64,000 nt of DNA from Candidatus Marinacidobacterales bacterium (GCA_965237955.1 OZ250169.1:4128001-4192000), one strand, 5' to 3'; shown: positions 22,357 to 33,933, counted from the first letter of the stretch. Made by a program: numbers and translations. Notes: generated by a model from the letters alone, not told the origin.

Positions 22357-22514
22357 CGTTCGCGATGCCGGAACCGGCGTTCACGTTGCCTGGAATCCGT
22401 GTTCACCTTCCCCGGAATCGATGTTCACGATCCCCGGAATCCGTGTTCACGATGCTTTGGAATGGATGTTCACCTTCGGCTGGAATCTGCGTTCACGATG
22501 CCCCGGAATACGCA
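22357..22514. repeat. Seven ~22-bp subterminal repeats (GTTCAC...GGAAT) of the IS21 end; also at about 51532-51689
   Basis: Degenerate tandem units without spacers; multiple transposase-binding boxes are typical of IS21. Confidence 0.85.
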
Positions 22515-22650
22515 GGAAGGAGCGTTCCAAAAAACCTTTGGGATGTCATCGGAGGATTTCTCCGCCGAATTTAACCTCTTCTTGGAAAAACCTCTTGCCG
22601 ATCAATTGGCCATACTTCCCAAATATGATTAGAAAAGAAGCAAAAGAGGG

Positions 22651-23517
22651 TGTCCCTCGTCAAAACTCGTCCACTCCTGAAATCAAACACTTACGAGCAC
22701 CCACCTAGGAGCTCACTCCCGCTTGAGATCCCGCCCCGGGAAGGGGCAAACTCCGCCGCTATGCTCCGCGTCGTCGTCTTCCTCATCTCATTAGCTACGC
22801 AGCGATCCGGGCGATGTGTCGGCGCCGAGCCGACCTCGTGCTCGAGAATCTGACTCTACGACAGCAAGCTACGGCGCTCAAGAAAGAGCGCCCCCGGCGA
22901 CACATCGTTCACTTCAACGCCACGTTCCATCCGACGTCGGCCTGGCTGATGCAGCAGCTCCGCGAGGCGTTCCCCTACGACACCGCGCCTAGGTATCTCA
23001 TCTTCGACCGTGACTCCATCTTCAGCCCGGCCGTCGTCCATTTCGTCAGGACGCTCGGCATCGTTCCCATTCGTGCCTCGTATCGGAGCCCGTGGCAGAA
23101 CGGTACCGCCGAGCGCCGGATTCTGAGTTGTCGTCGAGAGTTGCTCGAGCACGTCGTGGTCTTCGGCGAGCGGCATTTCGTGCGTCTTGTACGTCTGTAC
23201 ATCGCTTACTACGACGAAGACCGTTGCCACTTGGGACTGGACAAAGACACACCGAACGAGAGGCCGATCACGCCTCGACCGTCGCCCGCCGCGAAGGTTG
23301 TAGCGCTACCGAAGGTAGGCGGGCTGCACCATCGCTACGAATGGCGGGAAGCTGCGTAGCGCATTCGCTCCCCGGACCCCGCGTCACCGGAGAGTTCGCG
23401 CGCCCCCCGCGCAAACGCTGTGCGCGTAATGAATCTGACTACTCTTGAGCCCAATCGACGCGGCAGGACGAGCAGAACGGCCCTTCATGAGGCGCGGATC
23501 TATTGAGACGATGGACA
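22651..23517 (+). mobile_element. IS481-like rve element with internal deletion
   Basis: TGTCCCT...TGGACA ends; LVLENLTLRQQ...RPR joined directly to RHIVHFNAT. Confidence 0.75.
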
Positions 23518-23603
23518 GGTTCACCGCCTCCGTCAACAGGTGCAGGCCCAAATCGCGCTCGCCCGGATCTCGATTTACGGATGATCTTTTCTGGGATCAC
23601 CCA

Positions 23604-26486
23604 TCACTGGACTCTTGGTCGTATCGCCGCCTTTACCGCCTTTATCTCAACGACTGTGGTTTCCAGGCCCGAAGACTCTGCGGTCAGCTTGATCAAGCCC
23701 GGCCGTTTCGACGCCTGGATGATGACCATGGCCAGGCCGTTGAAGGCGCTGCGCTTCTCCGCCTTGTCCGGCTCGTGGCTCGAGGGGTTCCCGTTTCCCA
23801 CACCGATGATCTCCCCGGTGCCGTCTAGACTGAATTGCACCTCGTTCCCGGCGGTCGGCACCATCCGACCCTGCGCGTCGAGGATGGAAACCTTCACCAG
23901 GGAAACGTCTTCCCCGTCCGCATTGATACTCGAGCGATCGGGCTCGAGCGCTATGCCGGCCGGCTCCTCCGTCGTCTCTCGCCTGGTCTCGGCGACGACC
24001 TCTCCGTCCCGGTAGCACTTGGCTTCCAGGACTCCCGGCTCCCACTCGACCTTCCACGACAGGCTCGAGTACGGCTGCACGTCTTGGCGTCCCTGGCTCT
24101 CGCCGTTGAGAAACAGCTCGACGCTCTTGCAGTTGGTGTAGGACCGGACGTCGATCGTCCTGTCGCTCTCATCTCTGTCGGCCCAGTTCCAGTGAGGGAA
24201 TAGGTGAAGGACGGTCTCGCTGCTCCAGACCGACTTGTAGTAGTAATAGGCATCCTTGGGGAAACCGCAGGTGTCCATGAAGCCGAATTGTGAGTTGATC
24301 CCTGGCCAGTCGACAGGATGCGGCTCGCCGCGATGGTCGAAGCCAAAGTTGACGAATCCGCCAGCCACGTAATCAGACTCGGCTATCCTGCGCCAGCTCC
24401 GCTCGCCCGTTCTGTAAACGCTGAGATGGGCCTTCTCTCTGTTCTCGTCATATACCCCGCGCGTCGTCAAGCCGTGACCCATCTCCTGGGCCACCATCGG
24501 ACGCTCCGGATTTTTAGCATGGTAACTGTCATAACCCGGGTTAAAACCCCTGCTATCAATTACATCTGACAAGTTTAGGAGATCTTCAAATAAATCAATC
24601 TCATCAGGCGTGCGCGCTCCTCCCATGCTCCCCACGCCCGAGATGATGGGTCGGGAGGGATCCAGCCGCTTGACCACGTCAGACATCGCCTGTGTTTGTT
24701 TCTTTGCTTCCTCGTAGCCCTGCTTCAACCCCTCGTTTTTCAAGGACCAGATGATGACGCTGGGGTGGTTCCTATCGCGCCTCACCAAGCTTTCCACTTC
24801 GGCGAGCACTTCCTCTGAATCACCCATGTGGCGGTTCTCGTCCATCACCAGTATCCCCAGGCGGTCGCACGCGTCCAGTATCGCCTCGGTATGCTGGTTG
24901 TGCATCGTGCGGTAGCCGTTGCTGCCCATCTCCTTGAGCTTCTCTATTTTGTAAGCGTTGATCCTGTCTGGGAGCGCGACCCCCACTCCCGCGAAGTCAT
25001 GGTGGCTGTTGGATCCGTTTATCTTCACATGTTTACCGTTGAGGAAGAACCCATTCCCATCAAAGCGAAAATACCGCGCCCCAAATGTCGTTTCATATTG
25101 ATCGGTCACACGCTCACCGCTTTGTACCGTAGTCTCCACCTTATATAAGTATGGATTCTCTAAGGACCACAGAGTCAGATCTTGTATCGTAACGTCCTGG
25201 CTGAATTCGAACTCCTGGCCCGCCGAGATACTCTCCACCGCTTCAGATGTCGCGACCGTATTCCCCTCCATGTCGACAATAGCGCTGGTGAGAGTGGACT
25301 CAATCGCTTCCGCGCCATCATTGACGACGGTCGTCCTGATGTTGACTGCTGCCAAATCATCTGTGATATCCGGCGTAGTGACATAAGTTCCCCAATGTCC
25401 GACGTGCAGGGGATCGAGCTTCGTCAACCAGACGTGTCTATAGATGCCACCGCCTTCGTACCACCAGCCCTCATCCCAGTCAGCGTCGGCGCGCACTGTC
25501 ACTACATTCTTCCCGCCGAAGTTCGCCGCCTCGGTGATGTCGTAATAGAAACCGGTGTAGCCGCTCCAGTCGTGGCCGAGCCAGTGACCGTTTATCCAGA
25601 CGTTGCTGTTCCTGTAGACCCCGTCGAACTCCAGCCATATCCGCTTGCCCTTGTCCGCAGCCGGGAGCTTAAAGGCACGGCGGTACCAGCCGACGCCCTT
25701 GGGCTTGTAACCATGGTCCCTGTCGTACCAGAGCTCGCCTTCCCTTTTACCCTGGGGCTTGTCCGCCCCCTTGGGGTCGAACTCGCCCCCCACCACGAAG
25801 TCGTGGGGAACGCGGACCTCTTCCCAGCCGCTGTCGTCGAAGTCGACCGACGCCGTCTTCACCGACCGCATCTTCTGGTCGTCTTCCCACAGGGCCGGCC
25901 GGTTATACAGGACCGTGCCATCAATGCCTCCGCTGCCCTCGGTGTTGTGCACCAGCACCGCCAACTCGTTCGGCCCGCCATCAGTCCAGGTGTAGTTCAG
26001 ATTGATCTCGAACGGGAAGTCCCCTCCCTCATGGTAGTAGGCTAGCTTCCCGTTAACGTAGACGGTCGCGTTGTCGTCCACGGATTGAAAATAGAGCCGA
26101 GGCCTTCCGGTCGGTCCGGGCGGCAAGTCTCCGAGCTCCGCACGGAACCAGGCAAGACCCTCCTTGCCCTCGAACACGTCGGTACCCGGCTCCGTCTCCC
26201 CCCAACCTGAGATATCGAGCCCAGGCGCCGCCATCTCTTCCGCCTCCTCTGCGCCCTGCTTGCTCTCCTTCCAGCGCCACTTCTCTATGATATTTCCCCG
26301 GGGCAAGGGAGTGAATCCCTCTATCCTTCCCCGGTAGAAACGCCAGCCTTCGTCCATGAGTAGTTTCTGTCTCGGATTCTTGTCCAGGTCATCTCCCAGC
26401 GCGCATGCGCTCGCTATTAAGGCTATGGAAATAAGACTCATGGAGAGAAATAGGTTCAAAACGACCTTTATGCTCATCTTTCTCAT
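23604..26486 (-). CDS. GH2 beta-galactosidase-like glycosidase with an extra sugar-binding domain
   Basis: Signal peptide, LEFDGVY, WWYEGGGIYR, RDRNHPSVIIWSLKNE, GVGNGNP. Confidence 0.9.
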   Translation of the reverse strand: MRKMSIKVVLNLFLSMSLISIALIASACALGDDLDKNPRQKLLMDEGWRFYRGRIEGFTPLPRGNIIEKWRWKESKQGAEEAEEMAAPGLDISGWGETEPGTDVFEGKEGLAWFRAELGDLPPGPTGRPRLYFQSVDDNATVYVNGKLAYYHEGGDFPFEINLNYTWTDGGPNELAVLVHNTEGSGGIDGTVLYNRPALWEDDQKMRSVKTASVDFDDSGWEEVRVPHDFVVGGEFDPKGADKPQGKREGELWYDRDHGYKPKGVGWYRRAFKLPAADKGKRIWLEFDGVYRNSNVWINGHWLGHDWSGYTGFYYDITEAANFGGKNVVTVRADADWDEGWWYEGGGIYRHVWLTKLDPLHVGHWGTYVTTPDITDDLAAVNIRTTVVNDGAEAIESTLTSAIVDMEGNTVATSEAVESISAGQEFEFSQDVTIQDLTLWSLENPYLYKVETTVQSGERVTDQYETTFGARYFRFDGNGFFLNGKHVKINGSNSHHDFAGVGVALPDRINAYKIEKLKEMGSNGYRTMHNQHTEAILDACDRLGILVMDENRHMGDSEEVLAEVESLVRRDRNHPSVIIWSLKNEGLKQGYEEAKKQTQAMSDVVKRLDPSRPIISGVGSMGGARTPDEIDLFEDLLNLSDVIDSRGFNPGYDSYHAKNPERPMVAQEMGHGLTTRGVYDENREKAHLSVYRTGERSWRRIAESDYVAGGFVNFGFDHRGEPHPVDWPGINSQFGFMDTCGFPKDAYYYYKSVWSSETVLHLFPHWNWADRDESDRTIDVRSYTNCKSVELFLNGESQGRQDVQPYSSLSWKVEWEPGVLEAKCYRDGEVVAETRRETTEEPAGIALEPDRSSINADGEDVSLVKVSILDAQGRMVPTAGNEVQFSLDGTGEIIGVGNGNPSSHEPDKAEKRSAFNGLAMVIIQASKRPGLIKLTAESSGLETTVVEIKAVKAAIRPRVQ

Positions 26487-26508
26487 TTGTTAACTTCCCT
26501 TTAGATTT

Positions 26509-27113
26509 TTGGTGCTTCCGCAATTCGCCGGGTTCGCTGCCGAAGAGCTTCAAGCCGACGAGATTCGCACGTTCGCGGGCAACAAGAAGACTCCGAGTTG
26601 GGTCTTCGTTGCGATCGAGGTCTGGTCTCGGCTCTGGCCATCGACGGTGACGGGAAGGCGAAGCTACCGGAACACTCACGCTCTGTTTCGCGACCTTTCG
26701 AGGCGGATGAATTTCGGGCGTCTTCCCCTGATCGTCACGGATGGATTCGAATTCTACCAGAAGGTCATCCGTCGCTTCTTCGGGCCAGCGTGTCTCTACG
26801 GTCAGGTCCTCAAGACGCGCAGGAACGATCGTATCATCAAGGTCGAACGGAGTGCGCTGCACGGAGCCGCGTGGCGATTCGAAGACGCGCTCAATAACTC
26901 CGAGGACTCCTCGACATTGAACACGTCGTTCATCGAGCGGTTGAATCTGACCATCCGGCAAAGCTCGGCATACCTTTCGAGACGAACGCTTTCCCACGCT
27001 CGCTCGACGGAGAGGCTCGATGAGCACCTGGAGTTGCTCCGTTGCTATTACAACCGTCCGACCGCACGGAGCTCTGAAGTTCGGACGTGAGATCCGAACT
27101 CCGGCTATGCAGG
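26509..27113 (+). pseudogene. IS1-like transposase fragment cut by IS5
   Basis: ELQADE, IVTDG, NTSFIERLNLTIRQ, TPAMQ. Confidence 0.75.
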
Positions 27114-28200
27114 TGCCTTGGTGCACAACTCGCGATCTCGGTCCACAATTGTCCTTTACTCACGGATTCGAGATTCCCCATGAGCATTTTCAAACGCACT
27201 CAGCGGAAGTATGTGAAGAAGGCCTATCGCGTGAGGAATTGGCGTGAATATGAGGCGGGTCTACGCAACCGTGGGAGCCTGACCGTCTGGATCTCGCTCA
27301 CCGCCGGCAAGCTTGTGAACTGGGACGCGCCCTGGCCGAGGAGGAGGAAACCGGGCCGTCAACGCAAGTACTCGAACCACGCCATCGAGACGGCTGTCAC
27401 CCTGGGCATGGTGTTTCATCTGTCATCTAGGCAGAGCGAGGGATTGCTGCGATCGTTGTTCGCTCTGATGAAGCTAGACAATGATGTGCCCGATCACACC
27501 ACGATCTCGAGGCGCAAGGCGAAGCTGGGTAAGGTCCCCTTCTACCAAGACAAGCAGAAGACGCCGTTGCACATCTTGATCGACAGCAGCGGTCTCGCTG
27601 TCCACGCCGGCCAGCTGCGCAGAGCACCAAAGAGCAGGGACTATCGCAAGCTCCATCTGTGTGTCGACGAGCAGAGTGGCGAAGTCGTCGCCGGCGAGCT
27701 GACGAGCAAAAGAGCCCGCGATTCATCGCGGGTTGCATCGCTTGTCGGACAGATCGACAGTCCCATCTCATCGGCCAGAGCTGACACCGCATACGACGCC
27801 GGCGGCGTCTATGAGGCAATCGAGAATCACAGCGCTCATTGCTCGCCGAGGGTGCTGATACCGCCGCGCAAGGGCGCCCAGCTCGCATCGGGGCCGGCGA
27901 GCAGCCGACAGCGCAATCGCAACATTGCAGCACAAGCTCGGCTCGGCAAACGAAAGTGGCACACAGAATCGGGCTACAGCAAACGGAGCAAAGTCGAGAC
28001 AACGTTCCATCGCTACAAGGCTATCGTGGGCTCAGCGATGCGAGCGAGAGGGTTGGCGGCACAGAGAGTCGAGGCAAGGATCGGGTGCAAGATTCTCAAC
28101 ACGATGACGGCGCTCGGGATGCCTGATAGCGAGATGATCGGATGATGGGAGTCGGGGCCAAGCGAGCTCTCGGCCTCTATCGGAGTTGTGCACCAAGGCA
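27114..28200 (+). mobile_element. IS5-family IS copy 2; transposase 27180-28145
   Basis: Same IRs, near-identical to copy 1. Confidence 0.92.
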
Positions 28201-28945
28201 ACGTGTCGCCCGCATCACGCGAGACGAAGATGCCGCTGCCTGGTCCACCGCTCTTGCGTTTCCAGGTGTTGATTAGGATTTGCCACATCCCCGCATACAG
28301 AATGCGGGGGTTGTTCGGGTCCATCTCGAGGCTCGACGCCCCAGTGTGTTCGTCGACGAACAGCACGTGCTCCCAGGATTCGCCGCCGTCCTTCGTTCGA
28401 TAGATGCCCCGCTCCGGCTGCGGCGCGTGGCCGTGACCGAGCGAGGCGACGTAGACGACGTCGGGGTTGGTCGGGTGGATGACAATGCGCGAGATGCGGC
28501 CCGTGGCATCGAGGCCCATGTGATGCCAGGTGGCGCCGCCGTCGGTCGACTTCCAGACCCCGTTGCCGATCGTCACGTTGGAGCGGATATGCGACTCGCC
28601 GGTGCCGGCCCAGACGATCTCCGAATCGAGCACAGACACCGACAGGGCGCCGATCGCCTGCACCGGATAGCCGTCGAAAATCGGCGCCCAGAACACTCCG
28701 CCGTCAACCGTCTTCCAGATGCCACCCGACGCGGCGCCCACGTAGTAGGTCATTGGATCGCCCGGAATACCCGCGACGGACGCGATGCGGTTGCCAACCG
28801 GTCCGATGTGCCGGTAATACAGCGCGTCGTACTGATCCGGCGAGATGCCCTGCGCCGCACTCGATTCGTTCACGCCGGAAACGATCGCGAGTACGGCAAG
28901 CAGCGCTCGCGAGTTGGTCGCCGTGCGTCTGAGCAATTCCGACAT
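28201..28945 (-). pseudogene. VPS10/BNR protein N-terminus truncated by IS5
   Basis: RHIGPVGNRI, Asp-boxes; paralogue of 3290-6493; ends at the IS IR. Confidence 0.85.
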
Positions 28946-29182
28946 GGTTGCTCCCCTCTGGTCAACGACCCAAAACGGCTCGAAGGAGATCAGAATCTAT
29001 AGGAGGGACGGGTTGTATACAACACGGACCACGCCGACTGTGACCTGTCTCTCATCATTATTAATACGGACGGGACACCGGTCGCAAAGGCCGCGTTCCG
29101 ATACGGTCGAGATGTAGTAGCTGATGTAAGACCGCACGAGTCGGGCGAGATGCCGCTCGCCGAGGGACTTCTTTTTCGATCA

Positions 29183-30856
29183 CTATTCGAAAATATTTTC
29201 CATTTGCCAGGCATCAAGAGATATTAACTGAGCATCTCTGCCTTGCGCCCTCAGCGATACACCGAGACTATCGTCGCGCCCCGGGTACGCACGGACAGCG
29301 ACCACCTGCCTGCCATTCACAAACACTTCAACCACGCTGCGATCGACGAACACCCGCAGCTTCAAAGGTTCGTTTTCCTTCAGGAAAACTGAAGCCGTTT
29401 CTGGTGGCCGTGAAAGCGCCTCAGGCAAGGTAGATGAATTAGAGGTATCTATGGAAATAGCACTGTACTGGGGGATTTGACATACTCCTGCGATGTGATC
29501 GTGGGGGCGATCTCTGTTACTAAAGCCACGATCCCTGTAAAACATAATGCGGGTGTATTCTTGTTTTTCGGGTGAGCGCAACACGTCCATCTCAATCATC
29601 GCTGCGTCTTTAGGGTCTATTTCCGCGATCAACTCCATGGCATTACCCTTGACCTCTTCGAACACAACCTCTTCATTGGCAGGAAGTCTCGTCTCGCCAA
29701 CAACGTGGTGCTCACGACGAAGTGATTCGATATCTCCGGCTGGTTCTTGCAAGAGAAGATCCTCTCCCTCAAGGATCAAACGACGCGGCAAGGTCATTAA
29801 CCGATCCCAAGTTTTGAGTGGCTTACCCTGATTCATATTAAATATCGCGATCACACTCCTGGGATCATTCGGATCTGGGGAAGCCGATGGGGCATGGACC
29901 CCGGCTGGATGCACAGCACCATGGTTAAAGTCGCCGCCACCAGTGACAAAGAACTTATCTTTTTCCGTGTCATAGTCACCAATCATGTATTTGCCGCCGC
30001 TCATATGACTGAAGTACAACAATATATGTTTACCACTGTCGCCAATCGGCCAGAAATAGGGGCAGGCGCCGTCGTCACCCACTAAGGAGTAGCGATCATT
30101 TTCTACAAAGGGGTGCATATATTCCCAGCTTTTCAGGTCTTTCGATTTCAATAGAGATTGGAGTCGAACACGCTTGCCGCCAGGACCGGTTGCTTGTGCT
30201 CCCGTAAGTAGCGTGTAGTAGATACCGTCTTTCTTCCAAATATTTGGATCGGAAATGGGGTGAGGCGGCTTGGGCTCACCGTCTTTAGGAAAGGGAATCA
30301 CGGCTTGACCGGTGAGTTTGTCCCAATTAAGTAACAGCGGATCGTCCGAGGTGGCCACCATGGTTCCAGCGTCAACCCCGTGATACATGGCAATGACACG
30401 ATCCTCTTCCACATAGGCTGAACCGGAATACACCTTGGATTCTGGGTTGGGGTAGATCGCGTAGGGCAAATCGCGCCAGTGAACCAAATCCGTACTGACC
30501 GCATGTCCCCAGTGCTGGCGAGGGTCTTCGGGAGGATAAGCCTGATAGAACAGATGCCAGCGCCCCTGCCAATAACTTAAACCATTGGGATCGTTTAGTT
30601 TGTATTCGGGGCTTGTGAAATGGTAGTAAGGGCGATGAGGGTCTTCCTCCATCAACTTTTTACGCGACTCGGTGAAGCGTTTGAGTAAAGGGTTATCCGC
30701 TAATTCCTTTTCCTGCTCCGCCAGGGTTTCAGAAAACGTATACTGCGGCACCTTGGAGGTATAGTCTTCTTGGGCAAAATTCTGTTGAGATAGTGCCAAG
30801 CTCATTGCGGTCACTAAACCCAAGGACACTCGACGACGATTGAATTTGTTTTTCAT
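29183..30856 (-). CDS. GH32-family glycoside hydrolase
   Basis: NDPNG, HWGHAVSTDLVHW, SDP, FVDRSVVEVF. Confidence 0.88.
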   Translation of the reverse strand: MKNKFNRRRVSLGLVTAMSLALSQQNFAQEDYTSKVPQYTFSETLAEQEKELADNPLLKRFTESRKKLMEEDPHRPYYHFTSPEYKLNDPNGLSYWQGRWHLFYQAYPPEDPRQHWGHAVSTDLVHWRDLPYAIYPNPESKVYSGSAYVEEDRVIAMYHGVDAGTMVATSDDPLLLNWDKLTGQAVIPFPKDGEPKPPHPISDPNIWKKDGIYYTLLTGAQATGPGGKRVRLQSLLKSKDLKSWEYMHPFVENDRYSLVGDDGACPYFWPIGDSGKHILLYFSHMSGGKYMIGDYDTEKDKFFVTGGGDFNHGAVHPAGVHAPSASPDPNDPRSVIAIFNMNQGKPLKTWDRLMTLPRRLILEGEDLLLQEPAGDIESLRREHHVVGETRLPANEEVVFEEVKGNAMELIAEIDPKDAAMIEMDVLRSPEKQEYTRIMFYRDRGFSNRDRPHDHIAGVCQIPQYSAISIDTSNSSTLPEALSRPPETASVFLKENEPLKLRVFVDRSVVEVFVNGRQVVAVRAYPGRDDSLGVSLRAQGRDAQLISLDAWQMENIFE

Positions 30857-31027
30857 TATGCTACCCAGAATTGTTCTTCCTTCGGAAAACAGCAATCTTC
30901 TCGCTCTCATTACCCGTTTGATAAAAAACCGCTATCACCGATGAATACCCAGATCACCGCACCCTGTTGCGCAGGCGGACGAGTTTTGACGAGGGACCGG
31001 TCGACAAACCACGCGACACGCCTTGCG

Positions 31028-32353
31028 CTAATCGTGCCGGTACACAATTCCATCCTTCATGACAAAGGACACGTGTTTTAGCGCCTGGATATCCTCGAGG
31101 GGATTCTCCAGCGTGGCGATGATGTCGGCGGCCATACCGGGTCGGATGGCGCCACGCACGTCCGCCACGTCGAGCAACCGCGCGGCGTTTACGGTCATGG
31201 CTCGCAGTATGTCCTTGGCGGGGATCTCGGCTTCGTCCCAGGCGTCTATGGCCCCCATGGCGGTTTCTCCCTTTGTGAATCCGGGGGTGAGCCTCAGGAT
31301 ATCGGCGCCATACGCCATGTCGACCCCGATGCGGTAGGCTCGTGTCAACCGGTCGATGATCGACTCGACTTGGTTGGGATGGCTTAGCTCGTTATGCGGG
31401 TCAGGTCCGAACGCGAGCTCGCAGCCCACGAGAACAATTCCTTTCTCCTTGGTCAACTCCAGCAATTCATCGCTCATCTCGTAGCCGTGCTCGATGGAGT
31501 CGGCGCCTCCTTCGATAGCGTGACGCGCTCCCCTCTCGGTCAAAGCGTGGGCAGCCACCTTGACTCCCGCCGCGTGCGATTCTTCCACGATGAACTGGAT
31601 GTCCTCCACGGAATAGAGGTATGGGTAGTCATCGATGATGATCTTGATCCACGTCGCTCCGTAGTGGATGTTCTGGCGGATGGCGTCGCGTAACTGATCG
31701 CGGGTGTCGGCGTAGAAATAGTCGACCAGCCCCACGTCGGGTTGGTCGGGGTTGAGGCGGAACTGCCCCCCGAAAGGCGCGAGGATCTTGCCGGAAATGA
31801 ACATCGTCGGACCGAGCGCCCTGCCGGTTCGCCCCATACCGGCGTCTACCCAGTTTCGCGTTCTTCCAGCGGGTCTCGGGCCCCTGCTGCGAACCGCAGA
31901 AGCATTGAGGAAGCGTAGGAGTGCGGCATCCGCAAAATGTCCAGAATTTCCCAGATCGCGTATGGTTGTAAACCCGTTGAAAAGAAACGATTGAGCACTG
32001 ACCAGGCTCTGGATAGCACGCTCGGCGGTGGAAACGTTGACGTTGTACTCCAAGAGGGTCGAGTTGTCGGCGTCGTAGGCGGAGCCGACATGAGTGTGGG
32101 TGTCGAAGAGACCGGGAAGCACCGTCAACGAAGACAGGTCGAGCTCGACGGCATCGGCTGGGATCGTCGGATTCGCACCCACCGCCCGAATCATCCCGTC
32201 CTCGATGACGATGGTCTGGTCCGACTGGGTCGTACCCGTCTCGGGATCGACGAGCTCGCCAGCACGAATGACGATGACTTGAGCCTCCGCGGCCGAAAGG
32301 CAAAGGGCAAGGGACACGGCGGTCAGGATTCCGAAAACAAGTCGCAGGTTCAT
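31028..32353 (-). CDS. Secreted metal-dependent amidohydrolase
   Basis: PGLFDTHTH, GFTTIRDLG, VAAHA, SIEHG. Confidence 0.88.
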   Translation of the reverse strand: MNLRLVFGILTAVSLALCLSAAEAQVIVIRAGELVDPETGTTQSDQTIVIEDGMIRAVGANPTIPADAVELDLSSLTVLPGLFDTHTHVGSAYDADNSTLLEYNVNVSTAERAIQSLVSAQSFLFNGFTTIRDLGNSGHFADAALLRFLNASAVRSRGPRPAGRTRNWVDAGMGRTGRALGPTMFISGKILAPFGGQFRLNPDQPDVGLVDYFYADTRDQLRDAIRQNIHYGATWIKIIIDDYPYLYSVEDIQFIVEESHAAGVKVAAHALTERGARHAIEGGADSIEHGYEMSDELLELTKEKGIVLVGCELAFGPDPHNELSHPNQVESIIDRLTRAYRIGVDMAYGADILRLTPGFTKGETAMGAIDAWDEAEIPAKDILRAMTVNAARLLDVADVRGAIRPGMAADIIATLENPLEDIQALKHVSFVMKDGIVYRHD

Positions 32354-32452
32354 CTTGGATTCCTTTCGAGACTCCGTCTAGGGTGTCTCAGTTTCAGCGT
32401 TCCGAAATTGTCTACTTTCGATCTTTCCGCTTCAATTTGGTCGGAGAAATTG

Positions 32453-33592
32453 TCAAGAGCCAACCACTTCACGAAACACGCGCAGGAAGTTCCCCCCCAG
32501 CAACTTCTCGATTTGCGAGTCCGTATAGCCTCGCTTCTCGAGGGCATCGGCCAGGACCAGCATCCGCATGGGGGTGTTCAACTCCGGGATCACGACGTGT
32601 TGCGGCACCGTTTCCGAAAACCCGCCTTCGATCTCTTCTGGAGCGGTGGCCTGCGAGTAGCGCAATAGTTCCTCGAGGTTGTCCAGCGCCTCCATCGAAT
32701 GGTCGCTTCCGAAACCGAGGTGATCCATCCCTGCTATCTGCACCACATGTTGGATGTGGTCGAGCACAGCGTCGAGGGTTGCAGTATCGGCGCGCGTCAG
32801 CCATTCGCTGATGTTGAAGATACCGACCACGCCTCCCTTGTCCGCCAGCGCGCGCATCTGCTCATCGGTGCGATTGCGCAGCGAACGGTACAGGGCCCGG
32901 CACCCGGTGTGCGTAAAAATGCACGGCCGGTTGGAGACCTCGATGGCATCCAGCGTGGTCTTGTCCCCGCAGTGGGACAGATCGATCAGCATCCCCAGCT
33001 CGTTGCACCGCTTGACCACCTCGATTCCGAAATGGCTCAGGGCTCCGTCGTTTCGGTCCCGGTAGCCGTTGCCCACCTGATTCCGGGTGTCGTGAGTCAG
33101 TTGCAAAACCCGTAGTCCCAGGTCGAAAAACGTGCGCACCATCGCCACTTCGCGATCCAGGATGCTGGCATCCTGTGACAGGTAGACGATGGCAAACTTC
33201 CCACTTCGCTTCGCCTCCTCGATGTCCCGGGCACAAAGGGCTCGCACCACAACGTCGCGGTGTTTGTCCAGTTCCTCGTTCCAGTGAGCAATGTGTCGCA
33301 CCATGGCGTCCAACGAGCGCCCGCGCGGGTTGATGGAAACGTCCCAAAAGGCAGCCGTTTGACCGGATGCCCGTATGGCTTCGAGCGTGGCGGAGGGGAG
33401 GGTGGCGGAATGGTCCTGGGTGTACAACAGCGCGTCGATGCTGATCGAGGAAGCAAAAAGCTGGCGGAGCCGGCTCGATATCTCCGGCCCCGTGTCAGCC
33501 GGCCTCTGCGCTCCCTGCCCGGAGGTGCTTCCGGCTGCCAACGCGGAAATCGAAGCCGCCGTTTTCACAAATTCCCTTCGATTAACCCGCAT
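32453..33592 (-). CDS. Membrane dipeptidase (M19) family protein with Tat signal
   Basis: NRREFV, IDLSH, FTHT, GFGSD, LGGNFLRV. Confidence 0.85.
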   Translation of the reverse strand: MRVNRREFVKTAASISALAAGSTSGQGAQRPADTGPEISSRLRQLFASSISIDALLYTQDHSATLPSATLEAIRASGQTAAFWDVSINPRGRSLDAMVRHIAHWNEELDKHRDVVVRALCARDIEEAKRSGKFAIVYLSQDASILDREVAMVRTFFDLGLRVLQLTHDTRNQVGNGYRDRNDGALSHFGIEVVKRCNELGMLIDLSHCGDKTTLDAIEVSNRPCIFTHTGCRALYRSLRNRTDEQMRALADKGGVVGIFNISEWLTRADTATLDAVLDHIQHVVQIAGMDHLGFGSDHSMEALDNLEELLRYSQATAPEEIEGGFSETVPQHVVIPELNTPMRMLVLADALEKRGYTDSQIEKLLGGNFLRVFREVVGS

Positions 33593-33794
33593 CGCACGCA
33601 TCTTCTTTATATAAGAGGTTTGATTTGCTTGCCCCACTGTCTTTCGCGCTATCCTCTTGCCTTTGCGGTCTCGGAACGCGTCGTTGAAGCCGATCGGCCG
33701 CCGACGATTCTACGTCGCGATCGAAGGGGCGTCAAACGATCCAAGTAGTTTTGGTCCCGTCGGACCGATCCGTCGAGGGTTGGCAACCCGCCAT

Positions 33795-33875
33795 GTAGAT
33801 CCAGACCCGCTGGTTGGTTCCATCGGCGATGTAGAGAAACGTCTGATTCTCATCTGGTGAAACATCCACATCCCA
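33795..33875 (-). pseudogene. Short NHL-repeat-like fragment
   Basis: WDVDVSPDENQTFLYIADGTNQRVWIY read on the minus strand. Confidence 0.4.
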
Positions 33876-33933
33876 AGTAGTTAGTAGCGCAAACGATGCC
33901 GCCGATGGCTTTCTTACTCGTCAACATTGCGAG

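Larger units (their letters stand above)
19571..22514 (-). mobile_element. IS21-family IS (type 2) copy A, GGAAGG target duplication
   Basis: TGCGTATTCC...GGAATACGCA ends; DR at 19565-19570 and 22515-22520. Confidence 0.95.
18588..22632 (+). pseudogene. Lipoprotein with gluzincin-type HExxH motif, split by IS21
   Basis: LLISC lipobox, HEYFH...WFIEGGADY; removing the IS restores ELGWEG-AFQKTFG...PKYD; visibly more AT-rich than its surroundings. Confidence 0.8.

Noticed and set aside
22357-22514. CRISPR-like ~22-bp repeats (also about 51532-51689)
   Set aside because: Degenerate, no unique spacers, no cas genes, identical in both IS copies; these are IS21 terminal binding sites
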